Part shown: positions 25,522 through 38,511 of the stretch, piece by piece
How the letters are laid out: every line of letters begins with the position of its first letter
Numbering within the stretch: the stretch's first letter is position 1
Assembly: GCF_001194135.2 (NCBI RefSeq)
Contig: NC_068981.1
Coordinates: 177,413,493 to 177,477,492 of the forward strand
DNA: 64,000 bases
Direction: 5' to 3'
From: Octopus bimaculoides
Lineage: Eukaryota
The notes under the pieces: model-generated
Told to the model about the DNA's origin: nothing
The model's input: only the letters and a program-made list of their open reading frames with translations
Database searches by the model: none
Position numbers and translations under genes: made by a program

Positions 25522-27109
25522 CCATACATTTTCACCTTTTATAAAAAGCAAAGCAAACCTTCTTTAGCCACTAACACAGTTCCAGTAAGTCAAAATCCAG
25601 AGTTCAGCTTATATCTAATGCTCACTCTTATTTAATTTGCCTAGCTTTTCAACTTCTAGAACATGACTAACTCAACCCAACATTATCTTTACTTTTATGA
25701 ACTCACTTTCAGCTTAAATATTTATCATTCAACAAAGTAGTTTGTTTTACACAATGATCTTAATTTTCTCATCAATGTTTTCATTGCAAATAGCTTGCAG
25801 TAACAAATTCTTTCAACTTGAATGTACTTCAGGACTTGATTAATTTCTTCCATTTTCTTTCTTATCAACGTGGCCTAATTGCAGTAAACTCTAGAAACAT
25901 AGACCCTAAATATTTGACAGTAGTTTAAAATTCTCCTTACTTTTACATTCATAATTAATCAACACTCATGCTGTTCGTGAACACTCTTAATAAACAGAAT
26001 CCTCAAAAGCATCTTCCTATTCAATTAACAACACTGTCTCAGTCAACAAAACCAAAATATAAACATGATAATTTCAAAAGAACATTCCCAAAACTACTAA
26101 CTCTCTAGAAAGTTCACCTGACAGCAGAATAACGGTCTCATATCTTAGACTGAGAACCCATTTGTCACATTATGCACTGTATCTGGAATAGGTCACTTAG
26201 TGAATACACTACAGTATCTACCCTGCTGTCAAACAATATCCTCCCTATAAAATTCTTAAACTTGATAATAATTTAGATTCCATATCATTCCTCATTATCT
26301 CTGTACTTTCCCACTTCTCATATTGTGCTACAAAGATCACAGTGAACCAGAATCAATGTCACTACAAATAACGAATTCTTCCTTGTACTAATGGCGCCAT
26401 ATACTGTGATATAACCCTATGGGCTGATATGTATTTTACTATATTCACTGCTATTTTGTCTCACTCCTGATTTTGAAAATCAATAGACATTACAATACAT
26501 CTTACCTTGATTGATGTACAAGATGCTATCCCAAAACCTCTTTCAATTCATTCTTAGAGAGCATATAAATGCTTCCTCTGTCTTTGTAAAAGTATATCAA
26601 GTTTCTCCTGACTGCTCTCAGATAAATTCCTCAAGTAACGAAAAAGTCCCTCATGACACACTGTCATCATACTTGTCTTTCTGATGGGACCTTATTTATA
26701 TCTATTTATATCATTTGCAAAGCTGAAAGTTGTAACTGCTAAGCAAATCATCAAAACTGTTCCAAATGGGAACAAAAAAACCTCATAAACATCATTATTT
26801 TTTGTTTCAAAATGTTTGTGCTCTGTTTTAACATCTACATCCATTTTTATTTGTCTTATTTTTCATTTTGTGCAGCTGTCAGTGTTTTTATTTGAGGGAA
26901 TATTTGTATATTAACATTGTGTGTTGAATGTCTACTAATAAGTAAAAAAAAATTTTTTTCTCTAAAACTGTGCAAAAAAAGAAAAAAATCGTCACCTTTT
27001 TTTGAATTAGTTCAAAGAATTAACACAGAAAAAGTTATCCAATATTAAAAAAAAAAAAAGAGTAATCTGGAAATGAGAGCATTATCAAACATGTTTTGTC
27101 ATAGAAAAA

Positions 27110-27361
27110 GGCAATAATAATGATAATTCTTTCTATAATAGGCACAATGCCTGAAATTTTAGGGGATAAGGCTAGTTGATTATATCAACCCCAGAGGTTG
27201 GCTGGTATATAATACATCAACCCAAAAGAATGAAAGGCAAAGTCGACCTCTGAGAATTTGAACTCAGAACGTAAATACTTAAAGGTATTTTGTCTTTACC
27301 ATTAAGCAGTTTGTCTGGCATGCTAACAATTCTACCAGCTCACTACCATAATAATAATAAC

Positions 27362-27412
<51 letters not shown>
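27110..27412 (-). mobile_element. tRNA-derived SINE (family B) with flanking (AAT)n
   Basis: gaatttgaactcagaacg..gctaacaattctaccagctc followed by (AAT)n at 27349-27412. Homologous to the 28416 and 28681 copies. Confidence 0.85.
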
Positions 27413-27413
<1 letters not shown>

Positions 27414-28110
27414 GGGCACTGGGATCACTAACAACCAGGTTTGAGAAATGTGTTAGAGAAACTGGAATTGACATGAGGGTAGAACATTTTCAAAAAACTG
27501 ACAATGAGGATTTTTGAGATTAGCACTTAGGTGTTAAGCATTGTGGAAAGAGACCCCGTGAGACCTTTGACAACAGGTTGCTGTCTGCTCTTACAGAATT
27601 AACATGAACAAGTAAAATTAGAGCTCTGAGAAGTGAAATAATAATAATTTCAAACTTTTTGAAGTATAATATGTCATTTTGGAACACAAATCTCCAATTA
27701 TATCATTCTAATGGAGTACTAGCTTCAAACAATATTAGCATCAACTGTGTCATTTACCAAAGTAACTCACTTTCACCTCTAATTTTTGGCATAACTCTAA
27801 TACCTCTTACAAGTGAACTTAACAGAACAGAGTATGGGTATAAAATTGACAATAAGAAAATAAGCCATCTGTTTTATATGGATGACTTAAAAAATCTATG
27901 GCATAGACAATGATGAGCATGAAGGCATATTACATACTGTGAAAGCATTCAGTGACAACATCAGAATGAAGTTTGGTCTTGATAAGTATGCCAAGGCCAC
28001 TTTCCAAAAAAGGAAACTGAAAACCCCAAATTCAGTCATGTTAGATGTTAACTCAGTTATAAAAGAACTTGAGCAGGAACAAACCTATAAACATCTAGAA
28101 TTAATGAAAG
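27413..28110 (+). mobile_element. R4/Dong-like non-LTR fragments (3' end 27413-27648, then RT 27655-28110)
   Basis: ALGSLTTRFEK..GIDMRVEHFQKT resembles the RLE C-terminus. IYQSNSLSPLIFGITLIPL..YGYKIDNKKISHLFYMDDLK and FSDNIRMKFGLDK resemble R4/Dong RT motifs. Confidence 0.8.
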
Positions 28111-28129
28111 ATCAGGAAGGAAGGTTATG

Positions 28130-28633
28130 GGAGAACTCTAGCAGTTCTGAAATCTGAGCTAAGTGCAGCATCAAAATATCATTTGAGAATGAGCCTAGGC
28201 TCAATGTCCTTGCAAGGAGTGCAAAAGATTGTTTTAACTGGTACATCACACATACTGAGAAGACTATTGTCATTGTGAGAATGATTACCACCCATGCAAA
28301 TGATTTTTTTCTACATAACTTTATTTGATTTTGTAAATGGACAATCTGGTGTTTTTATTTTAATGGCCTATCAATGTATGCATCGAGTTTCTTTGCCAAG
28401 AAGACACCCAGCAAGAATAATAGTTTCAAATTTTGGCACAGGGCCAGCAATTTTAGGGAAGGGGTAAGTTGATTACATCAACCTCAGTATTCAACTGATA
28501 TTTATTTTATCAACCCCAAAGGGATGAAAGGTAACATCAACCTTGAAGGAATTTGAACTCAAAACACGAAGATGAACAAAATGCCACTAAGTATTTTTGA
28601 CCAGCATTCTAACAATTCTGCCAGCTCACCGCC

Positions 28634-28681
<48 letters not shown>

Positions 28682-28892
28682 GTATCAAATTTTAGTACAA
28701 GACCAGCAAGTTTGGGGAGTGGGTAAGTTGATTACATTGACCCCAGTACTCAGCTGGTACTTATTTTATTGACTCCTGGAAGAATGAAAGGCAAAGATGA
28801 CTTCAGCAGAATTTGAACCCAGAACGTGAAGACAAGTGAAATGCTGCCAAGCAACTTGCCTGGCGTGTTAACAATTCTGTCAGCTCGCTGCC

Positions 28893-28951
<59 letters not shown>

Positions 28952-29400
28952 GAGGTTGGCCAGCAACAAGAAAACTCAACAGCAAATTAGGAAGTGAGAA
29001 CACCAACAAGTCTTGTGATGGATGAAAGCATCTTCTTTTCTGAAGATTGTCTTGCATAAGATGAAATTTGGTTTGAAGTTGCAAATTGATTTTACTTCAT
29101 CAGATCTTCAGATAAAACTAAATTCTCTTTTCCATAGACAAAATCCTTTAAAATAGTGCCTTGAATAAAAGTGAGTTTAATCTGGATGAGTGCTCTTCAG
29201 ATCCTTTCACAATGATCAAAAGAACTTTTGGCCTTCTTACTTTAGTACCTAAGGTTACTTTCCAGACATACAATGTAAAAACAAAGTTGTCACTCTTCGT
29301 TCAAATATTTGATGTTTTTTTATAAAAGAGATTTTCTTATTGAGTCTTCTTCATCTTGAGGAAGACTATTTCAACAGAAAAATGTAAATGTATTAAAATT
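28130..29400 (-). mobile_element. Degenerate Penelope-like element, N-terminal ORF region, split by a SINE dimer
   Basis: The reverse strand contains ..EPRLILK*YF (PLE 'RRLRLKEYF'-like) downstream of an ..F..P-type motif. Very decayed. Confidence 0.4.
28416..28949 (-). mobile_element. Tandem dimer of family B SINE separated and flanked by (AAT)n
   Basis: Copies at 28416-28635 and 28681-28894. (AAT)n at 28636-28680 and 28895-28949. Confidence 0.9.
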
Positions 29401-31559
29401 GTCTTCAGCTAATCAAATTGAAGTGGCTTTGATAGAAAATTCAGCTGACTAAACTGGTTTAGTGCGATGGTTAATCATATATTATTCACTGGTTGTTCAC
29501 AATGTAAGGTAAATTGCACATGTAGACAATGATTATACTAAAATTTGAGTTTTCAAATATTTCATTTACCAGCATCAATATATTTACAAATGTACATCCA
29601 ACAAATTAATGGAGCAACATTCAATGAATGTAACAGTTAGGGATCTTCAGTATATATAACTTGCTGGGTAATGTTATAAAGTAGTGCAGGTAATTTAAGT
29701 CACTGCATATAATTAAAGTGCTTTACTCAACGCTACAACTTAAGGTTGGTACCTTTTGTCGAGTACAGCATAGGCATGTTACATAAGAAAAATGAAAGAG
29801 TGGGAGAGAGAGACTGATCAACTTGCTGTAACAAATAATAGAGATTCCTCTAGGCAGATTAGTAGCTCTCTGAAATGAGATTGAATTTGTCAGATTTTAT
29901 AGCTGTAAGTCAGCTTCTAGAATCTTCAGCCAAACTGGTTGGTGGGAAAATTCACTGAGCTACTTTGAAGTTTACTACATCACCAATAAGTCAGCCAGTA
30001 TTGATTGGTTGAGCCATATTCATGTATGCATTAATACCTTTTAGGGGAACACTTTTCCTTTTATTGAGATGCATTAATTTGTGATTCTTGATTAGGAAAA
30101 ACTGACAGCTGTGGTTCAAATCTTTGCTAGGGTTTCACTACGCAAGTGAAGAAATATGAGGTCATTGTTTAATGTATTCCCTTCAACTCGAAATTCATCA
30201 ATGAGAGAATCATCATCTAAGATAGTAATTTAGGTACCTGTGTGAATAATGTAAGTTAAATAACGCCAACAATATCAATAAAATTGTTTCACAATCAATA
30301 ACTAAATGCATTTAAAACAGCTAGATTTCTCTTGTCAAACAATTCCAACAATTTTGATTTGCTATCATATATTTAAATCATAATACTTAGGTTAGCTTAT
30401 CCAGCAAGAATAGCCAAACTAACCAAGTGTTACGGTTGAACATGTCAGATTTAAAGATGGGATGTTTCGCTCTATTACTCTAAAATTCTGCTTAGAGAAA
30501 ATTTGTCAGCATCAATAGAGTTTTATATCCTTCTGGTGTTGATTTATGGATTAGATATATTTTGAATGGACAAGTGGGCTGTTTCTGGCATATTGAGTTC
30601 ATGAATCATCATCATATATTAGAGTAACTCAATAGCAATATCAACAGGACAGGGTTGGTAACTACCCATTCAATACGTCAAATCACTTGAGCAATAATTG
30701 CTAAAATAGTTAACTTTTTGTTGAGTGTAAGATACCTTTCATCAGTTGTATGATATTTTTTAGCAAGGATTGATAAACTTATTTTTCTATCCTTCATTAA
30801 ATCCTCTTTCCATTGAGTGCTTTCTTCTGAAACTCTTTCATGATTCTAGTATTGATTCTATGCTGCATTGCAGGCATCATATGCTTATAAATTTATCACT
30901 CTTTCTTTCCTTCTATTTTTCTCTCTGTATTTATATATTACATCTGAGTTATATTTAAGTGTTAATGATTGTGTACTAGCACTAAGAGTTTAACCAGTAT
31001 GATGAAAAAGACAAGGTCTTGAAAATGGCATCAATATTGATATTACTCCATCCATTACAATTTTCTCAATAGAACACAGCCAGTCACTTGTACCTCTCTA
31101 ACTTCCTCTCCTTCCTTCTATTGAACTCTCCAAAGCTTTCTCAATGATAACATCATCAAAGAACAGACAGATCAATGTCTGAAAAAAAAACAAGCTAAAA
31201 TATTTCCATTTATTTATTTATTGTAAATGGAGATTGAAAGAAAATATCAAAAGTTAACAGAAAGAGGTTGAAGTAAAACTGTAAGAATATAGAGTGTCTA
31301 TAAAAAGGTAACTGAATAAAGTTATTAAAATGTAGTATGCATAAAAAGATGGCTGGATGAAAACATTAAAATGTAGTGTATATAAAATAAGACATTAGAC
31401 TATAGAAAGCCAAAGAAGGAGTTGAAGTAAAAATAGATGAAAATGTATGTATAAAAGTGTAGCATAAGAAATATTCCACTGGAAGGAAAAGCATGTATAA
31501 AAGAACATTTGAAGATATGGAAATAGAAGTAGGAAAACCTCATCAGAATTCCATTTTCT

Positions 31560-33870
31560 AAGTCAAGTAAAATTGTTTTCAAAATGGATGATGGGTGAGG
31601 TGGGGATATTTTACCACTAAAACAACAATATGTTCCAACAGTTCAATTCTGATTGCCCTCAGAGAACTGTCATCTCTTGTATTTTTCAGTTACCTCTAAT
31701 TCTTTTTTCTCATCCACTAACAGCATAACATTCAACATCTAGCATTTTCTCTTCAAATTTTGTTTGATATAAGCCTTTTATTAATAGGATCCCTTTTGGC
31801 ATCAATAATGATCAAAGGATAAAAGGAATTTTAGTATCGCATAAACACAAACTATGCAATCCTTTATTGTAGATGCTTTCACTAACATCTTCCAAATGAA
31901 GAACTTTTCAATATTACTAGTTAAACATCTCTTTCAAATACCCTGAAAAACTATATTCCCCAGATGACTTCAAAAAGATAAAGCTTCATTTTCAATTTCA
32001 GTCTCTTTACAAAATATAAATTTATTGAGTATATATACCCAAATCTAGAGCATTACTGTGGAGTGTGGTCATTAGCATCCAAGACCAGTTTCAGAGGGCT
32101 ATCCAACTGACTGATAAATGTTTTACAAACTCTAACACCTGACCTATTGGCTTTGCTTCTGTTATTATCATTTCCAAATATCTACTTTTTGTAAGTAACA
32201 TCTTATACCTGTCTCTCCACCCAGGCAATTTATCTCTCCTCTATCCATCATCCTTACTGTGACTCACCCCCCAGACATCACACAATAACCTACAATGCAT
32301 GTATTGTGATTCACACTACCTGCAAGCTTTTCTATCATTCAAATTGCAGTAGAACCTTTAGATCCCTTGCAACAAAGTTCTTTACTAGACTTGTGGAATT
32401 ATCCTATCGACCCTTTTGCAACTAAGATGGTTCTACTATCAGTACTCCTGAAAAAAAGCCTCTACATTTATTAACTGCTTCTCAATCCTTCTAACAGCAA
32501 CCTCTCTGACTTTGTGAGCTACCAAACTACTACCCTCACTTTCAAAATTCCAAAGATGATGGAAATAGATGCTAACAATCAGCTAGTTCATTTCCTTGAA
32601 CTTCCCACCCTTATTTAACAACCACAATATGGATTTTGTAGAGCCAGATCAACAAAGATTTGTTTTCCTATGTCACTCATTTTTCATCCCTCAACCTTCA
32701 GAACTTTAGTGAAAATAGTAGTTACATGTAACATCACCAAAGCTGTTGACTATGTCTAGCATGTAAAACATCTAGTTAAGTTGCCGGGGGACTATGATCG
32801 CAGCCTACTTCTTATTTCTTAATTTGTAAGATTCTTGAGTGGGTAGTTTCTGCACCATTACCACTCAATCTTATCTTGTACCAACTATGTCCATTATTAC
32901 TAACTATTCTTTCTCTACATTAATGAAATGCTTGATGTCATTTCTAACAATATACACTCCTATCAGATGATACTATTTTTGCTCCTTAACTTTCTTCACA
33001 TAGGTTTCATGAATATATGATAGAAACACTTTGCAACAGTTACATACTGAGCATGAACAGAGACCTTGTCAATACTGCTGAATGGGAGATTAGTAACTCA
33101 TCTCTTTCACAAACACAGACATAATCATTACATGCTTCAAGAAAATAAACCTGTACTTCTTGCAAGTTAATTGGCAAACCCTCTAGTGCTATTGGTACAA
33201 GAAAAGCACCAAGCACACACTGCAAAGTGATTGGCATTAGGAAGGGTATCCAGCCAAAGAAAACACATCAAAGCTGACATTGGAGCTCATTGCAGCCTTG
33301 TAGCTTACCAGATCCTGTCAAACCATCCAACCTATGCTAGCATGGAAAACAAATGCTAAATGATGATGGTGATGATGATAATTCACCTCCAGCTCATGAA
33401 CAGCTCAGCTAAAATCTTCAAAGTCACTACAATGCTTAACCCCTCAATCTCTGATGATATCTTATGGTGATCCCACATTTATTAACTGTGCTCAAACTGC
33501 ATTACAAAGACAAAGATTGTTTTTTAAATCCTCAAAGTAACTGAGCAGTTGTTAGCAGTAAAGGTCAAATGAGATACACACCAGACTACTGCTTGCATAA
33601 ATGGGACAATGCTACTGCTACATATACATCTTGGATCGCATCTAAAAGAATAACATTTGATTGATTGGCAAAGATTCAATCCTAACACACTTCAATAACT
33701 AACTCCTAGACATGAAGCTTTCTCTACTTCTTCACTCAACATAATAGCCTAGATGCCTAATCTCTCCACCCAGGCAATTTATCTCTCCTCTATCCATCAT
33801 CCTTACTGTGACTCAGCTCCCAGACATCACACAATAACTTCAAGCAGTCCTTCTTCCCCAGAATTCTCTT
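31560..33870 (+). mobile_element. Old CR1/Jockey-group LINE remnant (APE+RT), interrupted by a family C-like retroposon at about 33160-33378
   Basis: Frameshifted RT motifs, including KAVDYV.H (about 32740, KAFD.VWH-like) and SYQMILFF (about 32960, YADD region). Confidence 0.55.
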
Positions 33871-34248
33871 AATCTCTCCTGCACATATTTCCCCTACAGA
33901 TATAGATATATAAAAGTTTAAACTAACCATCATACAAAGGCTATAAGCATTGCTTCTCTTCCTCTGAATATCTTATTAAACATGCACACATACATGTGCA
34001 TAAGCATGCAGGTGTTGTGTGCACAATATTTTTTATGTGCATGTTATACACGTGTAATCATTTACAAAATAAGACAAAATATGCTCATGCATACAACACA
34101 CACTCATATACAAAGTACCATTTCCAGTGATATAAATTTAAGCAAAGTTTCAAAAGTTTAATAGAAAGGAAATAACTTTTTTCTCTCAAGCTATAATGGA
34201 AAAGACCTATGTTTAGCTGTACTTCTTTAACTGATAAACTGAGCAAAT

Positions 34249-34287
<39 letters not shown>

Positions 34288-35589
34288 AAGGGCACATGTG
34301 TATGTGCACATTTGTATACAAGCATGTGTAGACAGTTTGTGAGACTGTGATTAACAGAAAGATAAGACATAAATTAATAGAAACAGCATAGCATTAGATA
34401 TATTAACATATATACTTATATTTCTATTACTAAATCATTGGTTATCTTTGAAAATATTAATTAATTTTCCATTTGGCTTCATAAGGAATTTAAGAGCTGA
34501 GTTATGCATTCAGATGAATTATCAAAATCTCTGAAATCCATTTAAATGCTACAGAAGTAACATTATAAAATAAAGCTGAACAACGAAGGAAGTAATATTT
34601 TGATTTATTCATGTTGGCCTTGGTGTAAGTAAAGCACGCAAAATGAAGAGGTGATTCACCCAATAAAACAACACAAATAGTAATAAATTTTTATATGAAT
34701 CCATTATGACTTATCAGAAAAGTCTGAACAAAAATTCAAGGTAAAATAACAGAATAAATTTCATATTGTTAATAGTTAAAAATTATATGTTGTTAATATC
34801 ATATAACTGGATCTCTTATCTAATCATTGAGTAAAATCAACATTACATATGGTGTTATGCAATAAAATCAATCCTAGGTCTTCCAAAAAAAGCCATAAGA
34901 AAACTCACTTTTATTTAACTGTGTATAACTGAGTTGTCAATGCCGCAATGAAAGTCTAATCTCAGGATTATATAAGCAAGGCTGCTACTCAATTGCAATA
35001 ATGTATATTTAAACTAGCAATACATAAAGAAATAAACAAATAAACGAATGTTAATGTTAATGTTAAATGAAAGAGAAATAGTCAATAGGATGATTTTCTG
35101 ACAGATATGCTTAAGCAAAGACATCTATAGCTAATTTACTAACAACAATGGAAGCATGCACTGAAAAATATGACTGCACCCAAAAGAGGCATAGCCATAG
35201 AAAACAAAAGAAAAATCTATTACAATTTTATCTCTCTTTATTTTTCTTGCTCTCTCTCCCTAAGACACTCACACACAAACATAAAATGAAAAGAGGCAGC
35301 AGCATATATATACTTAGAATATGTTAAACATCCCAAAATGTATGCACATACACTTGCAAAAAGGAAAGCTGCACATACTACACATACATGTAAACACCAC
35401 TGTTATCATTTTAACATCAATATTTCCACATTTGCATGAGTCAGATAAGACTAGGCTGGGGCAGTGCTTTCTATGGCTGGATGCCCTTTCATTTGAATGA
35501 GCCTTTAGTTTACAACCTGCAAACACATGAAGACTAAGAGAAGTACAAACTCACTGCTACAAACACACATACATATTTCTCTCAATCTC

Positions 35590-36070
35590 TCTTCTCTCCA
35601 CACACACGCAGTTGTGAAGAATGGCTTCCAAATTGTTGAGCCTAGCAGAAAGTATGACAAAAGATCAACATGCTTGTGAAGACCTCATCTAAGTTATATT
35701 GTAGCCCTAAAGGCATGTTGTTTATGTCTCTGCTCCAGTACACTACCTGTTCCTAATGGATCTCTCTCTCACAACTCATCTTCCTAACACCCCCACTCCT
35801 TACACCTGGGTTCATCACCCACATCAGTTCCCCTCCCTTCTATCTCTCACTGTCCTTTCACACTCTCACAAACTTACCTACCAGCCCACACTGTCTCTGT
35901 ACCACTTCACTTATATTCACCTGCTTGTAACCTGAGGGTATATCCCATCTTCATCATCATCATCATCTTTCTTTCTCCTCCCCTCTCTTTTTCCCATCTG
36001 GAGTAGACATGTATCTCCTATAAAGCAAAACTTTTGTTTCTGTCTGTCTATCATACTTTAACTTCTCTTC
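35590..36070 (+). mobile_element. Probable Penelope-like 3' end (pyrimidine-rich 3' UTR)
   Basis: A weak GIY-YIG-end-like reading (NGFQIVEPS) followed by a C/T-rich tract. Classification is tentative. Confidence 0.3.
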
Positions 36071-36089
36071 ACCTGCTCCAAAGCTACTG

Positions 36090-36330
36090 CCCTCAATACT
36101 ATTCCCCAGTCAGTTTAGGGGTCTTGTCTTGTGAGTTACTTGATGATTTTGCTGGTGCCATGTAAAAAACACCCAGTACATTTTGTAAAGTGGTTGGTGC
36201 TAAGAAGGGTATCCAGCTGCAAAAACCATGCCAAAGCAGATAGTGAAGCTTGGTGCAGTCTTCTGGTTTGCCAGTTTGTCAAACCATCCAATCAATGCCA
36301 ACATGGAAAATGGACTTCAAATGGTTATCA

Positions 36331-36332
<2 letters not shown>
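36090..36332 (+). mobile_element. Older family C-like retroposon followed by (TA)n
   Basis: aagaagggtatccagctgcaaaaaccatgccaaagcaga..ccaacatggaaaatggac. Confidence 0.8.
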
Positions 36333-36367
<35 letters not shown>

Positions 36368-37179
36368 NNNNNNNNNNNNNNNNNNNNNNNNNNNNNNNNN
36401 NNNNNNNNNNNNNNNNNNNNNNNNNNNNNNNNNNNNNNNNNNNNNNNNNNNNNNNNNNNNNNNNNNNNNNNNNNNNNNNNNNNNNNNNNNNNNNNNNNNN
36501 NNNNNNNNNNNNNNNNNNNNNNNNNNNNNNNNNNNNNNNNNNNNNNNNNNNNNNNNNNNNNNNNNNNNNNNNNNNNNNNNNNNNNNNNNNNNNNNNNNNN
36601 NNNNNNNNNNNNNNNNNNNNNNNNNNNNNNNNNNNNNNNNNNNNNNNNNNNNNNNNNNNNNNNNNNNNNNNNNNNNNNNNNNNNNNNNNNNNNNNNNNNN
36701 NNNNNNNNNNNNNNNNNNNNNNNNNNNNNNNNNNNNNNNNNNNNNNNNNNNNNNNNNNNNNNNNNNNNNNNNNNNNNNNNNNNNNNNNNNNNNNNNNNNN
36801 NNNNNNNNNNNNNNNNNNNNNNNNNNNNNNNNNNNNNNNNNNNNNNNNNNNNNNNNNNNNNNNNNNNNNNNNNNNNNNNNNNNNNNNNNNNNNNNNNNNN
36901 NNNNNNNNNNNNNNNNNNNNNNNNNNNNNNNNNNNNNNNNNNNNNNNNNNNNNNNNNNNNNNNNNNNNNNNNNNNNNNNNNNNNNNNNNNNNNNNNNNNN
37001 NNNNNNNNNNNNNNNNNNNNNNNNNNNNNNNNNNNNNNNNNNNNNNNNNNNNNNNNNNNNNNNNNNNNNNNNNNNNNNNNNNNNNNNNNNNNNNNNNNNN
37101 NNNNNNNNNNNNNNNNNNNNNNNNNNNNNNNNNNNNNNNNNNNNNNNNNNNNNNNNNNNNNNNNNNNNNNNNNNNNNNN
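36368..37179. other. Assembly gap (812 N)
   Basis: N run; this gap produces four spurious long ORFs. Confidence 1.
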
Positions 37180-37312
37180 GGAAGGGCATCCAGCTGTAGA
37201 AACTCTGCCAAATCAGACTGGAGCCTGGTGTTGCCAACCGGTTTCACCAGTCCTCAGTCAAATCGTCCAACCCATGCTAGCATGGAAAGCGGACGTTAAA
37301 CGATGATGATGA
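37180..37312 (+). mobile_element. Family C retroposon 3' end
   Basis: ggaagggcatccagctgtagaaactctgccaaatc..cggacgttaaacgatgatgatga. Confidence 0.9.
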
Positions 37313-37314
37313 TA

Positions 37315-38100
37315 CAGGGTGCGGTGAATATATTGTTGTCTCAATCATGCAAAAATGAAAATAACACTGACATCTCATTTTAACAGATATATTTACTACC
37401 AAAATTACATAAAACTATCTTGAAATATTAAAGTGTAAATTTATTCAATAAAATCGCCATTGGCTTCAACCACGGTCTCCAAACGACTTTGGAATCTCCT
37501 GCAACTCTTCTGGATGGTCTCCTTGTTTAAGTTGGTGAATGCTGCCATAATCCTTGCCTTCAGTTCATCTTTAGTGTTACAAGGAATTTTGTTGGTCTCT
37601 TGCTCAACTGTGCCCCATACATAATAATCAAGGGGGTTGCAGTCTGGGAAGTTAGGTGGCCAGATACTAGGGGTGAAGTGGTTGCGGAAATCGTCTGACA
37701 ACCATGACTGGGTTCTCCTGCTTGTGTGGCAAGGTGAAGAGTCCTGTTACCAGGCATAGAGTCTTCCAGCAGCCACCCTCTTGACCCAGGGCAGCACTAC
37801 CTCCTCCAGACATTTGATGTAGGCCTCTGTATTGAAACTGAGGCTGTGTGGGGAGATGAATGGAGGCATAACGTCGCCATCACTAGTGGTCACTCCAAAC
37901 ACCATGATGCTGACTGGATGTTTGATATTTATCACTCTTGGTACATGCACTGTCCTCGGATTGACACCCAAACACTCTGAAATGTTCATATTGGAGCTTC
38001 TGGCACAAATGCTAAGCAGTACAGCATGTTGTTTCTAAATTTCTGGCAAAGTGAATTGCATCATAGTGCTGTTTTTCTCACAGACAGTGCCCAAATGACC
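37315..38100 (-). mobile_element. Internally deleted DD37D (maT) transposon
   Basis: Left end TA|CAGGGTGCGGTG. Reading QDSSP..WPPNFPDCNPLDYYVWG gives 37 residues between the two Asp. ORFs 37441-37701 and 37747-37989 are in one frame separated by one TAA. Right TIR not found. Confidence 0.88.
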
Positions 38101-38511
38101 CTACTATACTGTGTAGTCAACAAAATCAAAAACAATGTGCATGCACAACATTAAAAATATAAAATGGTGACAATGTGCGTGTGTGTGTATTTGTTGTGTG
38201 ACAGAAGCAGCATTAGTTTAAAATAGCAGTTTGTGTATCATACTAAAGAAGATACATCATTGAAATCCTACTTAACTGTGCTATCCATCCAGAGATAGCA
38301 CTTATGTACACTTTCAACAATGTATTGCTTTTTTAAATTTCTGTCTTTCAATTTCATTCTCTACATTCTGTTATTGGTTGGCTAATGGCTATAGTAGATG
38401 ATACTAGCAAGTACTGACAGTGACCAATGTGACCAAAATCCTAAACCACAAGAACTTCTTTATGTCACAGTCATGCCTATGCCATTATGTGTACATATGT
38501 GTGTATGTATA

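Noticed and set aside
35667-35719. 7-bp stem AACATGC/GCATGTT around a possibly decayed hammerhead at a PLE-like end
   Set aside because: Both core boxes are mutated and stem III is absent; too degenerate to claim.
36131-37306. Four 300-390 aa ORFs
   Set aside because: They consist almost entirely of N-gap translation.
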